From: a virus
Lineage: Duplodnaviria > Caudoviricetes
DNA length: 27,032 nucleotides
Direction: 5' to 3' (one strand)
IMG/VR virus record: IMGVR_UViG_3300037484_001092
Location: 1-27,032 of that record
The notes under the pieces were generated by a model. It had not been told where the DNA came from and ran no database searches. It saw only the letters and a program-made list of their open reading frames with translations. Position numbers and translations under genes: made by a program. This document shows, one piece after another, positions 1-7,353 of this stretch (position 1 is the stretch's first letter; the number at the start of each line of letters is the position of its first letter).

Positions 1-150
1 GCGATCGTACGGACCACGGTCGTCGGCAGTTCGCAGTACAAGTACACAGTTGACACGTTCATCCAGTTCCAGATCAAGACCGTTCCTGGGGCCACGGCCG
101 TCACGAACGGCACGATCAAGCTGACCGTGATCTACACGATGGACCCGTAG
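1..150 (+). CDS. C-terminal fragment of a probable capsid-associated (decoration/cement-like) beta protein; 5' end outside window
   Basis: Frame 1 is open from base 1 (AIVRTTVVGSSQYKYTVDTFIQFQIKTVPGATAVTNGTIKLTVIYTMDP*) with backbone-like codon usage. Its terminal strand GTIKLTVIY and position just upstream of the adaptor gene fit a capsid accessory protein. Confidence 0.5.
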   Translation, partial: AIVRTTVVGSSQYKYTVDTFIQFQIKTVPGATAVTNGTIKLTVIYTMDP

Positions 151-167
151 GCGGCAACCAACCTGAC

Positions 168-199
168 GGGAGGGGGCCCCATCCCCCTCCCCACGAAAA
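168..199 (+). promoter_or_regulatory. Intergenic GC-rich hairpin followed by CACGAAAA (copy 1)
   Basis: GGGAGGGGG (168-176) pairs with CCCCCTCCC (183-191) around a 6-nt loop; CACGAAAA at 192-199; no U-tract. Confidence 0.55.
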
Positions 200-209
200 C
201 GAGGGACCC

Positions 210-656
210 ATGAGAAAAGCGATCATCCTTTTGGCCTTGTTTCTCCTGCTTGGAGCGATCCCGGCGCTGGCTGTGACCTTCACGGCTGTCGGGACCGAAC
301 ATCCCGGGGAATTCACCGCGATCACCGGCGTCGACAATTCCGTGCTCTACGTTGTGACCTCCGATGGAAAGCTGTACTCCCAGGCGATCGCCACGGGGAT
401 TTTGACCCTGCTTGCGACCATCCACGACGAAAAGCTCACGGCGATCGTATACCCGGCGACCGGGACGTACACCTACATCGGAACCGCCAGTGGCCGGATC
501 TACCGGCACACGATTTCCGGGAACGCCATTTCCAAGACGACTCTTGCGTCTTGTACTACCCCAGGGGCCGGCATTGCGGCGATGAAGTGGGACGCGACCT
601 TGACGAAAATCTGGCTCATCACGAACAAGGGGAAAACGTACTTCTGCACACCGTAG
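210..656 (+). CDS. Secreted three-blade beta-propeller-like protein with Sec signal peptide
   Basis: N-terminus MRKAIILLALFLLLGAIPALA has a basic n-region, hydrophobic h-region and A-L-A site. Three ~42-aa blade-like repeats (FTAI..LYVVTSDGKLY / LTAI..TYIGTASGRIY / IAAM..IWLITNKGKTY). SD-like GAGGG upstream. Confidence 0.75.
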   Translation: MRKAIILLALFLLLGAIPALAVTFTAVGTEHPGEFTAITGVDNSVLYVVTSDGKLYSQAIATGILTLLATIHDEKLTAIVYPATGTYTYIGTASGRIYRHTISGNAISKTTLASCTTPGAGIAAMKWDATLTKIWLITNKGKTYFCTP

Positions 657-692
657 CGGGATGGGGGGCTTGTCCCCCCTTCCGCACGAAAA
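656..692 (+). promoter_or_regulatory. Intergenic GC-rich hairpin followed by CACGAAAA (copy 2)
   Basis: GCGGGA-T-GGGGGG, loop CTTGT, CCCCCC-TTCCGC (656-685); CACGAAAA at 685-692; no U-tract. Confidence 0.55.
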
Positions 693-701
693 GGGGCTCG
701 G

Positions 702-1337
702 ATGAACTTCGCGGAACTGTCGATGGCGATTTCCGACTGGCTAAACCGGGATCAGATCGACAAGGTGATCCCCACCATTATTCGGTTTGGCCAGCGCGAT
801 CTCGAGGACAATCTGAGGATCCGGCCAATGGAATACCACCCTGCTACAGCGAGCGTGAGCGCAGGAGAGGATGCCCTGGCGCTTCCGTCTGATTTCCTCG
901 AGATGATTTTCCTGCAGCTCATCAAGGACAACGTGCGCTACCCGATCGTCGACCGGGATTCCCCCCTGGTGATGTATTCGGAACGTCCTTCCGTCACGGA
1001 AACGGGGACTCCCTGTAAGGTGGCGCGTGTCGCTGATGACCTGGTATTCGACGTTCTGACGGATGTGATCTACACCCGGGATTGGATCTACTACCGGCGT
1101 TTGGCGGCCCTCGTTGCGGCAGCTCCCAACAATACGAATTGGTGGAGCGAGAACGCCGAGGAAGCCTTGCTCATGTCCTGCCTGAACAAAGCCAGCCTGT
1201 ACGTCACCGGAATTCAGGACGGGGACAAGAAGAAGTGGGCTGACGCCGCGCTGGAAACGCGCAACAGACTGATTCTGAACGACGCCAAGGAAGCGACGGG
1301 CGGCCACGTAATGCGGTCGACACCATTTTCGCTGTAG
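702..1337 (+). CDS. Phage head-tail adaptor (gatekeeper / tail tubular protein A-like)
   Basis: N-terminus MNFAELSMAISDWLNRDQIDKVIPTIIRFGQRDLEDNLRIRPME, plus LPSDFLEM, YYRRL and TNWWSENAEEALL motifs typical of podovirus adaptors; size (211 aa) and position fit. Confidence 0.8.
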   Translation: MNFAELSMAISDWLNRDQIDKVIPTIIRFGQRDLEDNLRIRPMEYHPATASVSAGEDALALPSDFLEMIFLQLIKDNVRYPIVDRDSPLVMYSERPSVTETGTPCKVARVADDLVFDVLTDVIYTRDWIYYRRLAALVAAAPNNTNWWSENAEEALLMSCLNKASLYVTGIQDGDKKKWADAALETRNRLILNDAKEATGGHVMRSTPFSL

Positions 1338-1347
1338 GGAGGAAGAG

Positions 1348-1722
1348 ATGAAATCAAAGCTTTGGTTTCTGTTGGCTGTGGCGGCTGTCCTGTCCATTTT
1401 CATCGCATCCTCTTACGCTGCGGAAGGCGACGGCCCCGGACAAGGGGTTTGGACAGTCCGTGAGCGGTACAACTACACGAACATAACGGCCTCAGACAAC
1501 ACGATCATCAAGGCATCTCCTGGGATGCTCGCCGGAATGGTGGTTCATGGCGGGACCATGGGGGCGATCACCGTCTACGACAACACGACCTGTTCGAGCG
1601 GAACGATCGCAACAATCGCGTCTCCTGTTGCCGGCCAAATAATTCCCTTCGGGGTGAATACGATCCGAGGGCTGTGTATTCGAACAGCCGCAGCGATGAA
1701 CATCACGGTTGTATGGAAATAA
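1348..1722 (+). CDS. Small beta-sandwich virion-accessory-type protein with Sec signal peptide
   Basis: Strong GGGAGG SD; MKSKLWFLLAVAAVLSIFIASSYA|A signal peptide. Mature part (IKASPGMLAGMVV..GAITVYDNT..SGTIATI..GLCI..NITVVW) resembles a common small phage structural beta-protein pattern. Confidence 0.7.
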   Translation: MKSKLWFLLAVAAVLSIFIASSYAAEGDGPGQGVWTVRERYNYTNITASDNTIIKASPGMLAGMVVHGGTMGAITVYDNTTCSSGTIATIASPVAGQIIPFGVNTIRGLCIRTAAAMNITVVWK

Positions 1723-1724
1723 CC

Positions 1725-3953
1725 ATGCGCCGCCTATTTCTCGCCCTTCTCTTCACTACCCTCGCGGGGCAGGCGTTGGGTGCCGTCTATTACGTCGATT
1801 GCAACGCCGATGGTGACGCCGGTGCCGGTACATCTACCGCCGCGGACGTGGCGTGGAAAACGATTGCGAAGGTGAACGGGGAAACGTTCTCTGCGGGGGA
1901 TAACGTCCTGTTCAATAAGGGTTGCACTTGGCGGGAACAGTTGGTTCCCCCGTCAAGCGGTAGCGCAGGCAATGTGATTACGTTCGGTTCATACGGCACT
2001 GGCGCGAAGCCGGTCATCAGTTACTCGACTAATTTGGACAACTGGGTAGCGGCGGAAGGGACATGGAACACAGCAAAGACTCTAGCTTTTGTCGGTGACG
2101 CATCAAACGGGGCCAACTTCAACCAACGAACGATTCTGCCTGCCGCAATGTCATCTTATAACGGATCAAAAGTACGGCTTACTCTGAAAGCCCATTCCGA
2201 TGCTGACACCACGCTTACCGGAGTTTCTATCGGAGTAATGACCACTAGCAACACGTTCGACACCACGCCAACCAGAATCACCTTTGGCGGAGACAATGAT
2301 GTTGTTATACCAATGAACACGACAGTTGTAAGTGATGAAATATCATTCGATTTTGATAAATCTCTACGTCACGGGATTCACATATATAACTCTGCGGCGA
2401 CTGGAACTGTGTGGGGCAGCGGCTTGTCATCGTACTTCAATTATACCGGGGTTGGAGATAAAACTCTTGTAACCACTTTTACCCCTGACAATAATCCAGC
2501 AGAAGAGAAGAACATCGCTCTAATAGAGGTTTACCAAGCGGCAACGAACCAATGGTACTCTGCCGATCTTGGGGTAGGTGGAGTAGATCCTGTAATGGTT
2601 ACGGTGGACGGAACCCCCGTAAAGAAGGTCGCCAATCAGGGCGCGTTGGTAGATGCGAGTTGGGCGTGGGACAACACAAATAAGTATGTCCTGTACATGA
2701 CAACGGCAGACCCCTCCACTCAAGCGGTCTGGTGCGGCCAGCAAGGAAACAACAATATAGACATCGGAGGAAGGAACTACCTTGTATTCGATGGGCTTAA
2801 CATACTTGGTCCCACTTTGCAGGTAGGGGCCGGGATAAATCTAAGCGCAGGGACCACCTTCACAAACTGTGATTTCAAGAACTTTTACAATGCGGGCGTA
2901 TTCGTATATGCGGGGTCTGGTGACACTAAACTTACGGTGTCTAACAGTACGTTTACCGACGCCGGAGGCCACGACAACTTCCTATGGTTCAATGGAGTTG
3001 CGACCACCGGAAGCACTTTGACTGCTACTGGGAATTCTTTTACAACGAGTTTCTTTGACGGAACTGCTGCGACAGACAGCCTTTATGTACAGGCAATTTA
3101 TGTTAATAAGGCTCTTACCACCAGCATACTTAACAATACAATAACCTTTCCCCCAGGCGTAGGAATGGCGCAACAGCCGAATTCCATCTATGTAACCACT
3201 TCCACCGGAGTAGATATACAACACAACACGGTATCCGGAGGCGGCCACGGTATTCGCCTAAACGCATCGCAGGATAACGCGATCATTGCTTACAACTATG
3301 TCCACGATACCGGAGATGACAACTTCTGGACGGACGGTACTTCGGGCGCAGGAATAGTAATCAAGTACAATATATTCGATGGCGCATTGGATGACAGTGT
3401 GGCGTTGGCGGGAGTAACGGACGGATTCATTTACAATAACTTATTTTCAAGATCAAGGGATACGGGACTTCAATTTGCTAATGCGGTAACCGGGATGACA
3501 GTAAAGAACAATATATTCTACAACAATGGACAGCCGGGAGATCCGGTCACCGGAGATGAAGGGTACTACGAGATATACGTCACCACGACTACGGGGCATG
3601 AGATCAACAACAATCTCTACTACCACACGACCGTAAAGAACCCCACGGATCATTTCTATTGGGGCGGGGTAGCATACGATTTCGCGGACTGGAAAACGAA
3701 CAGTTCGCAGGACAATGCCTCCCTCAACGACGACCCCCTCTTCACCTCCACGGTGACGCCGGATTTCTCGCTACAGGCTGGTTCCCCTGCGATCAACGCG
3801 GGCGTGGACGTGGGGCTGACGAGCGACTACCGTGGAATGACAGTGCCGCAAGGGTCTGCTCCGGATATAGGAGCCTATGAATTTGGCCCGGGTGATCCTG
3901 GTTTCCTCAAGGGTGCATATCGCGGAACCATGGGAATCCACTGGATGTGGTGA
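1725..3953 (+). CDS. Right-handed parallel beta-helix (pectin-lyase-like) tailspike/depolymerase-like protein with signal peptide and choice-of-anchor-Q-like C-terminus, 742 aa
   Basis: Start re-assigned to ATG 1725, 2 nt after the upstream stop, giving signal peptide MRRLFLALLFTTLAGQALG|A. Motifs YYVD..AWKTIAKVN..GDNVLFNKGCTWREQL..GNVITFGSYGTGAKPVI, Asn-ladder repeats (NNTI, HNTV, YNIF, NNLF, NNIF) and DPLF..DFSLQAGSPAINAG..APDIGAYE. Confidence 0.8.
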   Translation: MRRLFLALLFTTLAGQALGAVYYVDCNADGDAGAGTSTAADVAWKTIAKVNGETFSAGDNVLFNKGCTWREQLVPPSSGSAGNVITFGSYGTGAKPVISYSTNLDNWVAAEGTWNTAKTLAFVGDASNGANFNQRTILPAAMSSYNGSKVRLTLKAHSDADTTLTGVSIGVMTTSNTFDTTPTRITFGGDNDVVIPMNTTVVSDEISFDFDKSLRHGIHIYNSAATGTVWGSGLSSYFNYTGVGDKTLVTTFTPDNNPAEEKNIALIEVYQAATNQWYSADLGVGGVDPVMVTVDGTPVKKVANQGALVDASWAWDNTNKYVLYMTTADPSTQAVWCGQQGNNNIDIGGRNYLVFDGLNILGPTLQVGAGINLSAGTTFTNCDFKNFYNAGVFVYAGSGDTKLTVSNSTFTDAGGHDNFLWFNGVATTGSTLTATGNSFTTSFFDGTAATDSLYVQAIYVNKALTTSILNNTITFPPGVGMAQQPNSIYVTTSTGVDIQHNTVSGGGHGIRLNASQDNAIIAYNYVHDTGDDNFWTDGTSGAGIVIKYNIFDGALDDSVALAGVTDGFIYNNLFSRSRDTGLQFANAVTGMTVKNNIFYNNGQPGDPVTGDEGYYEIYVTTTTGHEINNNLYYHTTVKNPTDHFYWGGVAYDFADWKTNSSQDNASLNDDPLFTSTVTPDFSLQAGSPAINAGVDVGLTSDYRGMTVPQGSAPDIGAYEFGPGDPGFLKGAYRGTMGIHWMW

Positions 3954-3964
3954 GGGGTAAATAA

Positions 3965-4534
3965 ATGGCGAACGTCAAAAAACTCAGCACAACAAAGATC
4001 ACAACGGGGAACGTCGTTTATTGCATCATCCGGCGAGAAGTGGATGGATATCTCCTGAACGATGCCGATGGCGCCTTCGCCAATGCTCCCGGGGATCCAT
4101 ACGACGAACTTGCGGAGGACGGGACGATCAAGGGGTTGTACGAGATTTCCGAGTCCCGGACGGCCTGGGAACCCGGATGGTACAAGGTGTTTTTCTACGA
4201 TCAGGCGGGAGGATCCCCGGCGCCGGCCAGCGATACCCTCGCGGACTCCCAGGATCTCATGGTCGTAGGCGATCAGATCACAACGAATTTCCCGTTCGAG
4301 TATGGAAAAGTGGCGACGGACGCCGGCAACGGGGCGACCTCGTTTCTGACCGACTTGACCAGCGCCGTCGATTCGTACTGCGTCGGATCCTACCTGAAAA
4401 TCGCCAGCGGCGCTCTCATCAACGAAGTCCGTCGAATCTCGGCCTACAACGGGACCTCGAAAGTCATCACGCTGTCTGCCGCGCTGACCGCTACGCCGGC
4501 CGATGACGTTGAATTCTACATCGTGAACCAATGA
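3965..4534 (+). CDS. Virion structural protein (tail/fibre-associated)
   Basis: C-terminal DSYCVGSYLKIASG..NEVRRISAYNGTSKVITL..ALTATPA small-barrel pattern recurrent in phage structural proteins; SD GAGGGG; context. Confidence 0.6.
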   Translation: MANVKKLSTTKITTGNVVYCIIRREVDGYLLNDADGAFANAPGDPYDELAEDGTIKGLYEISESRTAWEPGWYKVFFYDQAGGSPAPASDTLADSQDLMVVGDQITTNFPFEYGKVATDAGNGATSFLTDLTSAVDSYCVGSYLKIASGALINEVRRISAYNGTSKVITLSAALTATPADDVEFYIVNQ

Positions 4535-4914
4535 CCACGAAGGGTACAGCGGGGTTTCGTCTTGGGCCGAATACGACTGCTTCCTATGGGAACGTCCAGG
4601 GGGGGCAGGGAACCGCCGCGGAGTGGGTGCAGATCAACCCTGTCCTGCCGCTTGGAATGATCGGCTACGAGTCCGACACGGGCCGGGTAAAGATCGGAGA
4701 CGGCATCAGCGATTGGAACACCCTCGAGTATTCCTTCTTCCCGCTGAATTCGGATCGGCGGTCCACCACGGGGGTCGACACAACCGATGACCTGATCGTG
4801 GACAACGATGCAAAAGGACTCGTCCTCAAGAATGACACAGACGGGCATTATTACCGCCTGACGATGGTTTCTGGTTCGCCGTCTTGGGCTGATTTGGGAG
4901 CAACCAAGCCGTAG
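4531..4914 (+). CDS. Short fibre protein with Mtd-N / hyaluronate-lyase N-terminal-type domain
   Basis: GTAAEWVQINPVLPLGMIGYESDTGRVKIGDGISDWNTLEY matches the Mtd_N signature; ATGA overlap with the upstream gene. Confidence 0.75.
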   Translation: MTTKGTAGFRLGPNTTASYGNVQGGQGTAAEWVQINPVLPLGMIGYESDTGRVKIGDGISDWNTLEYSFFPLNSDRRSTTGVDTTDDLIVDNDAKGLVLKNDTDGHYYRLTMVSGSPSWADLGATKP

Positions 4915-4923
4915 GAGGCATTC

Positions 4924-5418
4924 ATGGCAATCGTAGCCGGCGATCTGAAAATGTACCTCACAGGGGGCGCGGCGAACGCAGATCCCCTACTGTCCCTGGG
5001 GGGTGTGACGTCGAGCGTTCAATTCACGGACAATACCCTCGACAAGCTCTTTGCCAGCGTGGGGCCGGCAGAAGCTCTCGCGGGGTCCACGAAGTACCGG
5101 GCGCTGACGTTTAAAAATACCTCCGCGCTGACGGCCTACGCCGCGTCCATCCACATCAGCCAGGAATCGACCTCCGCGGACACCACCGTTGAGATCGCCT
5201 ACGATGCAACCGGGACACAGAGCGTAGTGGATGAGGACACGGCGCCGATCGGACTTTCATTCTCCAAGCCCCTGTCGCTGGCGACGGCGATCGCGCTTGG
5301 GAACGTAGTCGCGGGAGGGGTTGCTCGAATCTGGTTCAAGCGGATTGTCTCGGCAACAGCGGCGGCGGCTTCGGCCGATACGGGAAAATTCATGATGACT
5401 GTCGGGACCACACCTTGA
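4924..5418 (+). CDS. Conserved phage structural protein
   Basis: GGAGG SD; MAIVAGDLKMYLTGGAANADPLLSLGG..LF..EALAGSTKYR..IWFKRIV pattern seen in phage tail-region proteins. Confidence 0.65.
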   Translation: MAIVAGDLKMYLTGGAANADPLLSLGGVTSSVQFTDNTLDKLFASVGPAEALAGSTKYRALTFKNTSALTAYAASIHISQESTSADTTVEIAYDATGTQSVVDEDTAPIGLSFSKPLSLATAIALGNVVAGGVARIWFKRIVSATAAAASADTGKFMMTVGTTP

Positions 5419-5771
5419 GCTATTTCTTCCTCGCGGCCAGCGACGGAGGAACCGGCGATGGCCCGGAGTACGCCGTCAGCCGGGAATTCACCTTTGCCTG
5501 GGGAATCTACGAAGGCGTCAGCCAGGAATTCACCTTCATCAACGATATCTATGGGGCGGTCCAGGCGACGTTCACCTTCAAGTGGAACATCCTGGGGTAC
5601 ATCTCGAAGGAATTCACCTTCAAGTGGAACATCGGGGAGTACATCGCCCGGGAATTCACCTTTGCGTGGAACGTCTACGCCGCGGCTGCTGATATCGGCC
5701 GGAAGGCGAAATACACCTTCAAGGCGGCGCCGGTTGTAAATCGGTTCTATCGGAAGTTTAGGGATGGCTAA
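5415..5771 (+). CDS. Fibre-shaft-like protein with five 14-aa repeats (TTG start)
   Basis: TTGA overlap with upstream stop; repeats xxxVSxEFTFxWxI; basic C-terminal tail; fills the gap between coupled genes. Confidence 0.65.
   Translation: MSYFFLAASDGGTGDGPEYAVSREFTFAWGIYEGVSQEFTFINDIYGAVQATFTFKWNILGYISKEFTFKWNIGEYIAREFTFAWNVYAAAADIGRKAKYTFKAAPVVNRFYRKFRDG
5466..5675 (+). repeat. Five degenerate 42-bp coding tandem repeats (core TTCACCTT)
   Basis: EYAVSREFTFAWGI / YEGVSQEFTFINDI / YGAVQATFTFKWNI / LGYISKEFTFKWNI / GEYIAREFTFAWNV. Confidence 0.85.
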
Positions 5772-7353
5772 ACCGACCGTCACCATTACCCTGCTGACGC
5801 CGATCAGCCTTCGTCTTTCGTGGACGGGATCCGGCGACTTCGAGGTTTGGTGGAAATCCGATCACCCCGCCGGCCAGGAATACAGCAAGCTTACCCTCGT
5901 CACCGGGACCAGCTACGACGTTGGCTCTCTGTCTTGGACGACGACTTATTATTTCAAGGTCCGGAACGTGGGCGACGAATTCAGCGACGAGATCAGCGTT
6001 TTCATCTGCTGCGGTCAAGCAGTTGTGTGGGGGCCAGGAGTGCCAGTTGAGGGCCCTCCGACCGTGACGAAAGTTGATTTCTGGCAACAAGCGGCTGATC
6101 CGAACGGCGGAGAAGTGGCTTTCGTTGCGAAGGATATACCGCACGAAAACATCTACCTGTGGATTTACGAGGATGAAGAGTTTCACTTCAGGGATTCAAT
6201 AGCCTATGAAGGGGCGTTTTTCCCCGTAGCCGCCAGAAAAAGAGGCGATACGGTGGCTGTGTTTGATATGGACGAATTAAGTCTGTACGCCAACTCCTAC
6301 AGGTTTTCTTATTACGACGGCTCGGAGTTAACGGAAAAGATATTTGCAGATATGGGTGGCGATGGATTCACTCAGACATGGGAAGGCTCGTTGAATTCGT
6401 TACCTTATTCGATGGTGTTCAACGATGACGGGCGAATTGTAATTGGTATTTCATATATTGATTGGGACGATTGGCAGAATGAATATCCAGAAAAAATCAA
6501 GATAAGAGTGTCGAATGATCGAGGGGTTACCTGGGGGCCAATGATAGATATATCGTCAAGGGTTCCATGGGAAAGAGCAAATCAAATATCCATGACCGAA
6601 ACTGACGACGGTGCGGTTTGGATATTATGTGGAAATTGGGTTGATGTGGATTCGCCTTATTTTGGGAATCAGCCTAATTACGTTAAGTATGACCTTTATA
6701 AATACGTGGAAGGATCGGGAGTTTCGCTTGTGAGATCCATTGTTACCACACTTGCAAGCGTTTGGGGGGATCCTCCTTTTTATACACAGACTGGATGGGG
6801 GGCAAGCTGCTCAAATGCCAATATCTACGCAGAAGGATCCAAGATTGTCATCTGCTATGTAAATGATTTCGTCCATACCGTCCCGGTTGGAACGCCTGAT
6901 TATTGTGGTCTTGCTCAAGTTTTTGTAGATGTAAGCGACGATTATGGCGCAACGTGGGCGACTCAAGAAGTGATCCTTCCTGGTGGCGACACGATTCTGT
7001 GGAATCCTGAGTGGGCGTCCCTGATCCCCACGGTTTGCATATCGAGCGGTGATCTACTGGTCTATCTGCTGAAAGGCACAGGGAGGGCCACAAGTGCCGA
7101 ACCGCTGATTCTTAAAAGTACCGATGACGGCGCGACGTGGAGCACCGTTTACACTTTCCCCGCCTACGATGCGGATTACCCGTGGGTGTTCCAACTCCGG
7201 GCGGACGGGGATCATGTTACCGGCACGGGCTGTGGCGCGGCAACGGAAGAGGACGGCAATCTGGCCTTTTGGGAGTCTCTGGATGCCGGCGCAACATGGA
7301 CCGCGAGGGAGCTTGTTCCGGAATCCGAACCTCAAATCCTGGTGCCGGCCTGA
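5764..7353 (+). CDS. Receptor-binding-type protein: N-terminal fibronectin type III domain plus Asp-box (BNR) sialidase-like beta-propeller
   Basis: FN3 motif SLRLSW..YDVGSLSWTTTYYFKVRNV; four Asp-boxes SNDRGVTW, SDDYGATW, STDDGATW, SLDAGATW. Confidence 0.75.
   Translation: MAKPTVTITLLTPISLRLSWTGSGDFEVWWKSDHPAGQEYSKLTLVTGTSYDVGSLSWTTTYYFKVRNVGDEFSDEISVFICCGQAVVWGPGVPVEGPPTVTKVDFWQQAADPNGGEVAFVAKDIPHENIYLWIYEDEEFHFRDSIAYEGAFFPVAARKRGDTVAVFDMDELSLYANSYRFSYYDGSELTEKIFADMGGDGFTQTWEGSLNSLPYSMVFNDDGRIVIGISYIDWDDWQNEYPEKIKIRVSNDRGVTWGPMIDISSRVPWERANQISMTETDDGAVWILCGNWVDVDSPYFGNQPNYVKYDLYKYVEGSGVSLVRSIVTTLASVWGDPPFYTQTGWGASCSNANIYAEGSKIVICYVNDFVHTVPVGTPDYCGLAQVFVDVSDDYGATWATQEVILPGGDTILWNPEWASLIPTVCISSGDLLVYLLKGTGRATSAEPLILKSTDDGATWSTVYTFPAYDADYPWVFQLRADGDHVTGTGCGAATEEDGNLAFWESLDAGATWTARELVPESEPQILVPA

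Noticed and set aside
4531-4914. Diversity-generating retroelement suggested by the Mtd-N-like domain
   Set aside because: No reverse transcriptase, no C-type-lectin variable region and no TR/VR pair differing at adenines were seen in the window.
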